64,000 nt of DNA. Origin: Planctomycetota bacterium. Its GTDB lineage: Bacteria; Planctomycetota; Planctomycetia; JALXBF01. The stretch lies in contig JALXBF010000183.1 of NCBI GenBank assembly GCA_026991575.1, positions 1-64,000 on the forward strand. Direction: 5' to 3'. A model generated the notes under the pieces. It ran no database searches and was not told the origin of the DNA. It was given only the letters and a program-made list of their open reading frames with translations. Positions 8,750 to 18,340 of the stretch are shown in pieces. Made by a program: the position numbers and the translations under genes. Each line of letters begins with the position of its first letter. Position 1 is the first letter of the stretch.

Positions 8750-11394
8750 TCCATGGCTCCGGCGGTCGTGCGGCACAAGAACGACGCTGTCTGGAGCAGA
8801 GTCGTGAACTCGCGGCATAGGACCTGCTCGGGCAGCTCTGGCCGTCTTGAGCGGAACGCCTGGGCGAAGGCCGAGAAATTCTGGCTGATCGCCTCGCCCC
8901 CGCCGAACCGCTCGATCGTTGCTTCAGAGCTGCGGTTGAGCTGGCGCTTCAGTTCGGCCAGGAACGCGTCGCTGCCGGCGGCCGAGAGTGAGTCGAGCAG
9001 GGCCGCGGTGTGGTGCACCCAGCGGTCCGATGCCCCGCCCGCGAAAGCCGCGAGCCAGTGCTGGAAAGTCGGTACGAATGGCCACGGACAACAGGCCTGG
9101 GTCCATTCCCCCGAGCGGCGGCAGACAGCCACGGCCAGCAGATCGCGGCCGTTGGCTTTCGCATACTGCTCAGCTTGGCGTGCCGCGGCCAGCGCAGCGC
9201 GCAGTGGTTGTTTGTGGTGTACGAACGCGATGCCTGCACTAAGCGTCATCGCCTCACCCGGGCCGATTTGCCCGTCCCCAAACAGCTCCGCGCTGAAGCC
9301 GCGACGCAGCGCGGCGGCGCAACTGGCCGCACTGGTTGTGGGCAAAAGAACCAGTGTGTCATCGCCGCCGGCGTATACCAAGAAACCGTCATGCTCCGGG
9401 ACCGTTGGCAGCACGGCGTGAACGGCATAGTTGCTCAGTGCCTGGCTGAGCGCGTTGTGCATCGGCGCCGTCAGCGGGGCCGGCTCCTGGAGGCCTTGCC
9501 GGCCGAGTTCGTCCTTCTGGAGTTGTTCAATTACGGACTCGTGCACAAGCTGCTCGGTCCGCGGCCCACGCACCCCTTGCAGCCACAGGCCGAGCTCATC
9601 GCCGTCAGCCTTCAGGATCGCATAGTAGAGGGGGGGCATCCCCAACCGCTCATCGGATCGGGCGCGAACAATCTCCTGAAACAGCTCCTCCGGACACGCC
9701 GGCTCATCCGGGTCAAAGTTCGGTGTCGGCCAATGCAACCACTCGCCGCTCCAGTAGCCGTACCGCTGCCAGCTCTGTTCAGGGTCCAGCGCGTAGCCCA
9801 GCTCGCGTGCCCTCCGCAACCACGGCCGAGCAGCGATGGTGGCCACATCCGGAATCCGACTCGGTTCCCCATCCAGCCCCAGACGCTCTTGAAAGAACAG
9901 CTGAGCGTACCGTTTCAGAAGGTCGGGGGCGCAGAGCCGGTCGCGGCGGTTTAGTCGGATACCTTTGGGCGGCGGGGCAGCCTGAAGGTGCTGCCAGAAC
10001 CGCCGCGATTCGTCATAGTCGCGCGGACCAATCTGGCTGTCCACCCCACAAAGGGTGCACTTCGGAGGTGCTACGAGGATGCCCCCGCCGCAGAGCCGCA
10101 ACGCCGGGGTATTCTGAGCCTCCTGAAAAACCACGTGCAGGCCGTCCAGCCACCAGCCGGTCCGTAAGGAGTACAGCGCTTCGGTTACTTCCGGGCGCAC
10201 GATCTCCGCGTTGTCTAACCGCTGCCGTAACGCCCGACACGGGATCTCGTCCTCGGCGTCTCCCCATAGGACCTTTGCCGACCGTGTCACGTCCACTAGG
10301 CGACGCAGCCGCAGGTTTGCACTGGTTAACGGCCACGGGTCGCACGGCTGTTCAAAGAACTCGTCCCACCTGCCGCGGAATTCCGGCGGCAAGTGAGGTT
10401 CCCAGTGCTTGCCGAGTTGGTCCCACAGATCGCCCCATTTTGGTTGTCGGCCAAACACGGCGAGCAGGCTCTCGACCGGACCGACGAACACTGCGGTATT
10501 CGGCAACGCTGAGACTCGCAGGGCATCGGCCGAGGGCTCAGCCACATCTGTAAGCCCTGCGCTGGTGCGGAGCCAATGGTCGACCCAAGGATTGCCACGC
10601 AGTGCCGGCGAGATGACTGCGGCCGGCCCCACCATATCCACGAGCCCGCAGACACGTTCAAACAACATCCATGCACTCAGCATGCTCGCCGACCAGAGGT
10701 CGCGCACGGTTCGACTGGATGCCAGGTACCGCTGAACCCCGCGCACTGTAAGAAGCACAATGCGGAGGTTGTTAAGGAGCTCTACAGCGCGGCCATCTCC
10801 TTCGTTCCCGTCCTCTCGTTGGTTGCTCCCCTGGGCATCCTCGCTTTGGCTTTGATCTGCCCCGTCGTCGGACTCTTCCTGCTCGTCCCCTTCCTGCCGG
10901 AGCAGAGCATAGGCCGCGAGGATACCGGCGCAGCTGTCCAGGGCCGACCAGAGTCCGAGCGAAGGTAGACGAGCATCGGCCGGTAGAGACCGATAGGCTG
11001 GGGACAGTTGGCCGAGCCGCTCGGGGAGGAGCCGCCACAGCGCAAGGGCACGCTTCTTCGGGTCGTCGTGGCGGCCGACCAGGTCACGGATCACGCCGCA
11101 GACGCGATCTGGATCCGGGGCCGGCATCTCGATTGCGAACGGGCGGCCACTGAGCGGGTGCCGGAGCTCGGCGGCACCCTGCAGCCCGAACGGCGGTGCC
11201 AGCTCCAAGCCGTAGTCCGACAAGAGCCAATCGTACAGCCCACGGATTAGTGCCCGTTCCGACGGCGGGCACTCGATTCCAGCCGCTGCCAGGTAGCGTT
11301 CGGCCCGCTCTTCGGCACGCGCTTCGTCCGGATCGAGCACGCGGTCGAAGGGCAGCGCAAGGTACGTCGCTGCAAGCTGGTCCCAAACGGACAT
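8746..11394 (-). CDS. cas10: Type III-B large subunit Cas10/Cmr2 with intact Palm2 cyclase motif and no recognisable HD nuclease motif
   Basis: PADAR, VQRYLASSRTVRDLWSAS, Zn-finger CTLCG...RLCAPDLLKR, YYAILKADGDELG, LVYAGGDDTL and SAGIAFVHHKQPL. Start placed at ATG 11394 after an AGGAGG RBS. Confidence 0.95.
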   Translation of the reverse strand: MSVWDQLAATYLALPFDRVLDPDEARAEERAERYLAAAGIECPPSERALIRGLYDWLLSDYGLELAPPFGLQGAAELRHPLSGRPFAIEMPAPDPDRVCGVIRDLVGRHDDPKKRALALWRLLPERLGQLSPAYRSLPADARLPSLGLWSALDSCAGILAAYALLRQEGDEQEESDDGADQSQSEDAQGSNQREDGNEGDGRAVELLNNLRIVLLTVRGVQRYLASSRTVRDLWSASMLSAWMLFERVCGLVDMVGPAAVISPALRGNPWVDHWLRTSAGLTDVAEPSADALRVSALPNTAVFVGPVESLLAVFGRQPKWGDLWDQLGKHWEPHLPPEFRGRWDEFFEQPCDPWPLTSANLRLRRLVDVTRSAKVLWGDAEDEIPCRALRQRLDNAEIVRPEVTEALYSLRTGWWLDGLHVVFQEAQNTPALRLCGGGILVAPPKCTLCGVDSQIGPRDYDESRRFWQHLQAAPPPKGIRLNRRDRLCAPDLLKRYAQLFFQERLGLDGEPSRIPDVATIAARPWLRRARELGYALDPEQSWQRYGYWSGEWLHWPTPNFDPDEPACPEELFQEIVRARSDERLGMPPLYYAILKADGDELGLWLQGVRGPRTEQLVHESVIEQLQKDELGRQGLQEPAPLTAPMHNALSQALSNYAVHAVLPTVPEHDGFLVYAGGDDTLVLLPTTSAASCAAALRRGFSAELFGDGQIGPGEAMTLSAGIAFVHHKQPLRAALAAARQAEQYAKANGRDLLAVAVCRRSGEWTQACCPWPFVPTFQHWLAAFAGGASDRWVHHTAALLDSLSAAGSDAFLAELKRQLNRSSEATIERFGGGEAISQNFSAFAQAFRSRRPELPEQVLCREFTTLLQTASFLCRTTAGAME

Positions 11395-11802
11395 CCAGTA
11401 GGCCTCCTGTCCGCTGTCCAACCCAGGGACGCGGGGGGGTATGCCATCTGACCAACCACCTGGCGTTTCCGAATGCCGGCTTGCGGCTGGCCACGGAAGC
11501 GAGATCCACCCGGGCGGTCCCAGGGCCCGACGCCGCCAGCCATGCTAAGTTGGGCCATTGCGGGCCCCGGCCGCCGTCGCCGCTCGACTGTTCTTTCCGC
11601 TTTGCCCGCAAGACACAAAGGAACCGGATCGGAAACGCTACCATGATTCTGCCTGCTGCAGAGCACGCCGGCTCTGCCCAAAAGGGATTGGCATTATACC
11701 CCACGCTACGCCCGCGGTCGCGCTGCGGGGAGACAGCAGGCTAACCGGTGGGCGGTCAGCTGGCCGGTATGATCTTAGGCGGAGTTGGCGTAGCGAGACG
11801 GC

Positions 11803-12909
11803 GTGATGAAGTACGTTGAGGAGTTTCGCAACCCGGAGCTTGCCCGGCGACTGGTGCGGGCGATACACCAGATCGAGGGCGGACCATGGACCATCATGGA
11901 AGTCTGCGGCGGTCAGACCCACGGCCTGGTACGCGCCGGGATTCCCGAGCTGCTGCGCGGGAAGGTGCGGTTGATCCACGGACCGGGCTGCCCGGTGTGC
12001 GTTACCCCCGTGGCGATGATCGACCGAGCGATCGCGTTGGCGTGTCGGCCCGACGTGACGTTGTGCTCATTCGGCGACATGCTCCGGGTACCGGGCAGTC
12101 GCAGCAGCCTGCTGCATGCCCGGTCGCGAGGGGCTGACGTCCGCATCGTTTACTCGCCGCTTGATGCTGCCCGACTTGCCGAGCGACTGCCTGAACGCGA
12201 GATTGTCTTCTTCGCGGTCGGGTTCGAGACGACGGCGCCAGCTACGGCGCTGGCTGTGCAGTATGCGTCGGCGCGCGGCCTGGAGAACTTCTCCGTGCTC
12301 TGCTGCCACGTGCTTGTCCTGCCCGCAATGGAAATGCTCTTGCAGGCGAAGAACTGCTCGATCCAGGCGTTTCTGGCAGCGGGCCACGTTTGCACGGTGA
12401 CCGGCTACGAGGGATACCACGACCTGGCCCGCCGCTACCGCGTGCCGATCGTGGTGACGGGCTTTGAGCCGCTTGATCTGCTGGAGGGAATCTGGTTGGC
12501 ATGCCGCATGCTGCACGGGCAGGTCTACGAAGTACGCAACCAGTACCGCCGCTCCGTCCGCCGTGGGGGCAATCCCGCAGCCTGGCAGCGCGCCATGACC
12601 GTGTACGAGGTCTGCGACCGGGTCTGGCGTGGCCTGGGGCGGATCGAACGCAGCGGGCTACGGCTCCGGGACGAGTACCGCCGGTACGACGCAGAGGCCA
12701 AGTTCACGTTCGACGGAGAAAGCGGGGCCGAGGATCCCCGCTGCCGAGCCGGCGAAGTACTGCAAGGGGCACTTCGGCCGGATGAGTGCGAGGCGTTTGG
12801 CAAGGAGTGCACCCCGGAACATCCGCTTGGCGCCCCGATGGTGTCTGCCGAGGGGGCCTGTGCGGCGTACTGGCAGTACGGCCGCCGGCCGCGCGCTGTG
12901 AGAGGCTGA
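11803..12909 (+). CDS. hypD: [NiFe]-hydrogenase maturation protein HypD
   Basis: MEVCGGQTH, GPGCPVC, GFETTAP, and a C-terminal FeS motif with PMVSAEGACAAY. Confidence 0.97.
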   Translation: MMKYVEEFRNPELARRLVRAIHQIEGGPWTIMEVCGGQTHGLVRAGIPELLRGKVRLIHGPGCPVCVTPVAMIDRAIALACRPDVTLCSFGDMLRVPGSRSSLLHARSRGADVRIVYSPLDAARLAERLPEREIVFFAVGFETTAPATALAVQYASARGLENFSVLCCHVLVLPAMEMLLQAKNCSIQAFLAAGHVCTVTGYEGYHDLARRYRVPIVVTGFEPLDLLEGIWLACRMLHGQVYEVRNQYRRSVRRGGNPAAWQRAMTVYEVCDRVWRGLGRIERSGLRLRDEYRRYDAEAKFTFDGESGAEDPRCRAGEVLQGALRPDECEAFGKECTPEHPLGAPMVSAEGACAAYWQYGRRPRAVRG

Positions 12910-14249
12910 TGGCAGGCCAGCGTTTGAGGGCAACAAAGATGCAGAGCGTATTGTGGCGCGCATGCTTTGCCGTCGTGGCGATGGTCGCCGGCCGGGCAGC
13001 TGCCCAGCAATTGCCGCCTGTCAACTACGACGAGGACAAAGTTCCCGCTTACGAACTGCCCGACCCGTTGCGGTGCGCCGACGGCTCGCCGGTCCGTACC
13101 GCCAAGGACTGGTTCCAGAAGCGGCGGCCCGAGATCCTGGCGCTGTTTCGCCGCGAAGTGTACGGCAAGGCTCCGGGCAAGCCGACACGAATGCGCTTTG
13201 AGGTGATGGAACGATCCGACAACGCACTGGACGGACTGGCGATCCGAAAACAAGTGCGGCTCATTTTCGATGCACGCTTCCCCGACCGGGCCATGGAGAT
13301 CCTGCTCTACCTGCCGCGTGCCGCCGAGCAGCCGGTGCCGGTTTTCCTGGCGTTGAATTTCCGGGGCAACCACTCGATTCACCCTGACCCGGCGATTCGC
13401 ATCACGACCAGCTGGATGCGGCCGCGCCGTGACGGCACGGTGCGCGGGAACCGGGCTACCGAAAGGGGACGCGGGGCGGCACGATCGCGCTGGCCGGTGG
13501 AGTTCGTTCTTCGCAGAGGCTACGGCATCGTCACGGCTTACTACGGTGACATCGACCCGGACTTCGACGATGGCTTCCGCAACGGAGTGCACGGCATCTT
13601 CGGCCCACCACCTGACCGTCGGCCGCCGGATGCATGGGGATCGATCAGCGCGTGGGCATGGGGCCTGAGTCGCATCATGGACTATCTGGAGACAGACCGG
13701 TCCGTCGACTCGAAACGCGTCGCTCTGCTGGGGCATTCCCGGTTGGGGAAGACGGCGTTGTGGGCCGGTGCTCAGGACGAGCGATTCGCGCTGGTGATCT
13801 CGAACAACTCCGGCTGTGGCGGTGCAGCCCTGAGCCGGCGACGGTTCGGCGAGACGGTTGCTCGAATCAACCGTGCATTTCCCCACTGGTTCTGTGCCAA
13901 CTTCAAGAAGTACAACGAGAACGAAGCGGCGTTGCCCGTCGATCAGCACATGCTAATTGCCCTCATCGCACCGCGGCCGGTGTACGTTGCCAGTGCCGTC
14001 GAGGACCGCTGGGCAGATCCCTACGGTGAGTTTCTTGCGTTGAAGCACGCCGACCCGGTGTGGCGCCTACTGGGCGGTACCGGGCTACTGATGCGCCGCT
14101 GGCCTCCGCTGGATACGCCCATACTCGGCCATCTCGGCTACCACGTGCGGAGCGGTAAGCACGACGTGACGTGGTACGACTGGGCGCAGTATTTGGACTT
14201 CGCCGACAAGCACTTCGCTCACAGTGACGTTCGGCCTATGCCGCGCTAG
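12909..14249 (+). CDS. Secreted carbohydrate esterase, CE15 glucuronoyl-esterase-like
   Basis: Signal peptide. NYDEDKVPAYELPDPL, AWAWGLSR, nucleophile motif GHSRLGK, SGCGGAALSRR, LPVDQHMLIALIAPRP and DRWADP. Confidence 0.88.
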   Translation: MAGQRLRATKMQSVLWRACFAVVAMVAGRAAAQQLPPVNYDEDKVPAYELPDPLRCADGSPVRTAKDWFQKRRPEILALFRREVYGKAPGKPTRMRFEVMERSDNALDGLAIRKQVRLIFDARFPDRAMEILLYLPRAAEQPVPVFLALNFRGNHSIHPDPAIRITTSWMRPRRDGTVRGNRATERGRGAARSRWPVEFVLRRGYGIVTAYYGDIDPDFDDGFRNGVHGIFGPPPDRRPPDAWGSISAWAWGLSRIMDYLETDRSVDSKRVALLGHSRLGKTALWAGAQDERFALVISNNSGCGGAALSRRRFGETVARINRAFPHWFCANFKKYNENEAALPVDQHMLIALIAPRPVYVASAVEDRWADPYGEFLALKHADPVWRLLGGTGLLMRRWPPLDTPILGHLGYHVRSGKHDVTWYDWAQYLDFADKHFAHSDVRPMPR

Positions 14250-14260
14250 GTCTGCCGGAG

Positions 14261-14716
14261 CTAGCTGGGCTTGTACCGTAGCACCAGCGCTGCGCCGACT
14301 GCAGCCATGACCATGCCCACGTAAAACCAGATCTCCGGGGCCGACTTCGGCCGGTGCCACGCCATACTGACCAGTGCGTTCACGATGGGGGCACCGGCGA
14401 AGACCAAGGGGGCCACCACAATCGGGCTGCCGCCGAGCTTCAGGGCGAGGATCACACACAGGGCGCCGGCTGCCCCAAGCACCCCGGCAATCGTCGCAAA
14501 CACCACACCTCGGCTCTGGAACTCCACCGGCTCTACACCCGCCAGCAGCAGCAAGACCGGAACGAGCACTGCGGTGAGGAAATAAGCGCCACCCACGCAG
14601 AGAAATGCCCGAATCGGGCCCCGCCCCAGCGCGATCTGACCTTCATGGATGAACGGCACATACGCTCCCCAGGACAAGATGGCTCCCAATACGAACGCCA
14701 ACCAGGCCAGCTTCAT
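14261..14716 (-). CDS. Small multi-pass membrane protein (DMT/EamA-like)
   Basis: About five hydrophobic helices, with LSWGAY and VAPLVFAGAPIVNALVS. Confidence 0.65.
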   Translation of the reverse strand: MKLAWLAFVLGAILSWGAYVPFIHEGQIALGRGPIRAFLCVGGAYFLTAVLVPVLLLLAGVEPVEFQSRGVVFATIAGVLGAAGALCVILALKLGGSPIVVAPLVFAGAPIVNALVSMAWHRPKSAPEIWFYVGMVMAAVGAALVLRYKPS

Positions 14717-14907
14717 CGGTTGCCTCCCAATTCAGACCGGTTCGGCCGTATCGATCAGTGGCACTAGCAGTCCTTGTGCCGGCGGTGGTCACGAAACCGC
14801 CGCGGGGCGAGCGTGGTATCATACGAAACGATGCATTCTGGTCTTTGGCCGTCTCAAGAGCACAGTGGATTCTGGTTGTTCAGCCGTTGTGCCAGTTGGA
14901 GGTCCTC

Positions 14908-16302
14908 ATGCGGTTTGCCCAGTGGGTTTGTGTCATGCTCTCCGTCGCGTCGATCGTAGCGGCAGCGGGCGCGGTCGCGCCTGCGTCCGATGGCGAAGGC
15001 AAGTTCAGGCGAGCCGATTCGCTCACGGCGCTGGATCGCTACGTGGCCGCTCCGGACGACAGCTACGGCTGGAAGGTGGTGCAGACCACTTCCAACGCCG
15101 CCGGCCAGGTGACCTACATTGAGCTCACGTCACAGACGTGGCGCGGCATCGTATGGAAACACCAGATGTTTGTCTGCATTCCGAAGCAGCGTGCTGCGAA
15201 GGATACCGCTCTGCTTTTCATCACCGGCGGCAGCAACAACAGTCGCGTGTCGTTGCAGGATGCGATGATTGGCCTGTTGCTAGCACGGGTGGCTAGGGAG
15301 CCGGTGATCGTACTTCGGCAGGTTCCGAACCAGCCGCTGCTGGGCGGTCGAAAGGAAGACGATCTCATCGCCGAGACGTTCGTGCACTTCATGAACTCGG
15401 GGGACCAGAGCTGGCCGCTGTTGCTGCCGATGGTTAAGAGTGCCGTGCGGGCCATGGACGCCACGCAGGAGTATTTCCAGAAGGAGAAGGGTGAGTCGAT
15501 CACGAAGTTCGTTGTCACTGGCGCCAGCAAACGCGGCTGGACGACCTGGCTGACCGGCGCGGTTGACCGGCGGGTCAAGGCGATTTGTCCGATGGTCATC
15601 GACACGCTCAACTTCTACAAGCAGCTTCCCAACCAGCTGCGTGTCTGGGGGGAGTACAGCGAGCAGATTCGCGACTACACCTCGCGCGGATTGATCGAAC
15701 AGCTCCGGACCCCACGGGGGCGGATCTTGACCGGGATCGTCGATCCGTACAGTTATCGGGAACGCTACACGCTGCCGAAGCTGATCATCAACGGCACGAA
15801 TGACCGGTACTGGGTTGTCGATGCGCTGAACCATTACTGGGACGACCTTCCGGAACCGAAGTACGCCCTGTACCTGCCCAACGCCGGGCACGGTCTGGAA
15901 CACCACCGCGAGTACGCGGTCAACGGTGTGGCAGCATTCGTGCGTCATGTTGCCGAGGGGCATCCTCTGCCAAAGATTTCCTGGCGATTCGAGTACACCG
16001 ACGGTGGCCTGAGGCTGGAGGTGACCGCGGACCAACCGCTCGTTAACGCTCAGGCCTGGGTTGCGTACGTGAAGGACCTGGACTTCCGAGTTGCTCGATG
16101 GGAGTCTCGACCGATGAAGGACGCCGGCCACGGCAAATGGGTCATTGAGGTGCCGGAGCGGCCCGGGCTTAACGGTGCTGTCTTTGGCGATCTGACGTTC
16201 AAGATGGCGGACCTCCAGTACCATCTCTCCACGCTCATTGGTCGGGTGCCCCAGCTGAGCCTGCCCGAGGGGACCGAGCAGGCGGCCGCCGTGGGGCGGT
16301 AG
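14908..16302 (+). CDS. PhoPQ-activated pathogenicity-related (PqaA-like) alpha/beta-hydrolase
   Basis: Signal peptide after a GGAGG RBS. ELTSQTW, QVPNQPL, EDDLIA, PMVKSAVRAMD, GASKRGWTTWL, DPYSY and LPNAGH. Confidence 0.88.
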   Translation: MRFAQWVCVMLSVASIVAAAGAVAPASDGEGKFRRADSLTALDRYVAAPDDSYGWKVVQTTSNAAGQVTYIELTSQTWRGIVWKHQMFVCIPKQRAAKDTALLFITGGSNNSRVSLQDAMIGLLLARVAREPVIVLRQVPNQPLLGGRKEDDLIAETFVHFMNSGDQSWPLLLPMVKSAVRAMDATQEYFQKEKGESITKFVVTGASKRGWTTWLTGAVDRRVKAICPMVIDTLNFYKQLPNQLRVWGEYSEQIRDYTSRGLIEQLRTPRGRILTGIVDPYSYRERYTLPKLIINGTNDRYWVVDALNHYWDDLPEPKYALYLPNAGHGLEHHREYAVNGVAAFVRHVAEGHPLPKISWRFEYTDGGLRLEVTADQPLVNAQAWVAYVKDLDFRVARWESRPMKDAGHGKWVIEVPERPGLNGAVFGDLTFKMADLQYHLSTLIGRVPQLSLPEGTEQAAAVGR

Positions 16303-16337
16303 CCAGGCTGGGGATTCCCGGGTACAGGACCGCGCTG

Positions 16338-16377
16338 GCCCCGGTGGCGCGACGGGGACCACCGGGGCTTTTCTTTT
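16338..16377 (+). terminator. Rho-independent terminator
   Basis: Stem GCCCCGGTGG/CCACCGGGGC followed by TTTTCTTTT, 35 bp after the stop codon. Confidence 0.85.
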
Positions 16378-16708
16378 GGGGAAGGCCGGGGTTGACTTGC
16401 TGGGGCTGTGGCGTGTGCTCGCGATCGCTGGCTGGATGGCGCTGTAGATTGGTGAGCGGCTAGCGTCTGGGGACTGTGGCTTGCGTGGGTGCCGCCAGGG
16501 GACACCCGCGCGTCGACCGGTGGTGGCGGATGGGAGCGACGTGCGGTTTCGGGTGCGGGACGGCTTGTTCCAGGGGGGAGCGGGGCGTACGATTAAATAG
16601 ATCAGTGGTCGCTGATGCGTTGGGCCGCGCCCGCCTTGGAGTGTGGTTCTTGCCGCAGAGGGGTCTGCGTGTGCTTCCCTGCCGCTGAAACCCATGACGA
16701 GGGCAGCC

Positions 16709-18340
16709 ATGATGGCCGGTGATGCTATGCCCACCGAAGCCGTTCTGCCGCGCCGCTTGCCGTTGCTGCGCGCGAGTCGCACACTCCGTGCCTCGATCGC
16801 GGTCGTGCTGCTGACGGGGCTGTGGTGGTATGCGGCTCGTGACAAACGCGCCTTGCCCGAGGCCCAATACGTGTTGCACACCGTCTCCCGGGTCGATTTG
16901 CCGATTACCGTGGTCGAGCGCGGCAGGCTTGAGAGTCAGCAGGTGATCGAGTTGAAGTGCGAAGTGGAGACCATGCCCGGGCAGCGCGGTGTGCGCATCG
17001 TGTACATCGTGCCCAATGGGTCCAAGGTCAAGGCGGGGCAGCTGCTTGTGGAATTCGACTCGGCACCAATCGAGGAGGCTCTCGACCGCGCGTACGTCGA
17101 CTACGAACGGGCGAAGGCGCGGAAACTGCAAGCAGATGCAGCATACGAGAACATGGAAATCCAGGCGCAGATCGCGCTGGAGCTTGCCAAGCTCACACTG
17201 GAAAAGGCACAGATGCGGCTGCGGCAGTTCGAGGACAAGGAAGGCGGGACGTTTGCCATCGACCTGCAGGAGGCTGAGCTCCGGGTACAGGAGGCACGCA
17301 ACAAGCTGGTCGAAGCCCAGGCCCGCTTGCTGCTGGAAAAGACCAAGCTCGAAGGAATCCGCATGCTCTACCGGCTGGGTTATCGCGGCAAGGGGGACTT
17401 GGACCAGGCAACGTTCCAGTATCTGCAGGCCGAGGATGGCTTGGTGCGCGCGACCAACTCGCTGCGCACGGCCGAGGCGGCGTTGCGCAAGTTGAAGCAG
17501 TACGACTACCCGCTGCAAAAGCTGGAATTGACCACCGACGTGGAGAACGCCCGCCGGAAGCTGGAGCAGGTGCGTAAGCAGAACGCGGCTGATCTTGCCC
17601 GGCTGAAGGCCGACCGCGATGCGGCGGCTCGGGAGTTGGCCAAGATGGAAGAGCGACTGAAGAAGTACCGCAGGTTGCTTGAGAAATGCAAGATCTACTC
17701 GCCCTGCGACGGCGTCGCGGTCTACTCGCGGGAACGCACGCCCTGGGGGCGCTATGTCGGAGAAGGGGAACTGGTGCACGAACGGATGACCGTAATCACT
17801 ATCCCTGACCTGACACACATGCAAGTGGACGTGGACATCCACGAAGCGGTGCTCGATCAGGTACAGCCCGGTCAGCCGTGCACGATTACGGTGGACGCGG
17901 TTCCGGACCGTGTGTTCAAGGGGACGGTTAAATCGGTGGCGACAATGCCGTCACGCGACCGTCGCTGGTATGCCCGCGACGTGAACAAGTACGAGACGAT
18001 CGTCACGATTGACGAGGAAGTCTCGGGGCTGAATCCGGGCATGACGGCGTCCGTGGAGATCTTGGTCGACAAGATTGAGGACACGATTGCGGTGCCGATC
18101 CAGGCGGTGCTGGAGGTTGATGACCAGGCGTGGTGCTTTGTGGTTGATGCGCAGGGGCGGATCGAGCGGCGCAAGGTGGAGCTCGGTGCTGATAACGACA
18201 AGCTGGTCCAGATTCTCTCGGGGCTTGAGGAGGGCGAGCAGATAGTGCTGAACCCGCGCGATCTGCCTGCGGAGCTGCTGCCCGAGGAGCAACAGGACCA
18301 GCGTCCCGTCAGGTCGTTGCCATTGGCCAGGCTACCGTGA
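16709..18340 (+). CDS. Efflux periplasmic adaptor subunit (MacA/HlyD-like)
   Basis: N-terminal TM, IVPNGSKVKAGQLLVEFD, a long coiled coil, IYSPCDG, LNPGMTASVEI and ILSGLEEGEQIV. Start is uncertain. Confidence 0.88.
   Translation: MMAGDAMPTEAVLPRRLPLLRASRTLRASIAVVLLTGLWWYAARDKRALPEAQYVLHTVSRVDLPITVVERGRLESQQVIELKCEVETMPGQRGVRIVYIVPNGSKVKAGQLLVEFDSAPIEEALDRAYVDYERAKARKLQADAAYENMEIQAQIALELAKLTLEKAQMRLRQFEDKEGGTFAIDLQEAELRVQEARNKLVEAQARLLLEKTKLEGIRMLYRLGYRGKGDLDQATFQYLQAEDGLVRATNSLRTAEAALRKLKQYDYPLQKLELTTDVENARRKLEQVRKQNAADLARLKADRDAAARELAKMEERLKKYRRLLEKCKIYSPCDGVAVYSRERTPWGRYVGEGELVHERMTVITIPDLTHMQVDVDIHEAVLDQVQPGQPCTITVDAVPDRVFKGTVKSVATMPSRDRRWYARDVNKYETIVTIDEEVSGLNPGMTASVEILVDKIEDTIAVPIQAVLEVDDQAWCFVVDAQGRIERRKVELGADNDKLVQILSGLEEGEQIVLNPRDLPAELLPEEQQDQRPVRSLPLARLP

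Noticed and set aside
12525..17842. Long minus-strand ORFs 12525-13949, 15280-16881 and 16460-17842
   Set aside because: They are antisense shadows of well-supported plus-strand genes in GC-rich DNA, with no motifs.
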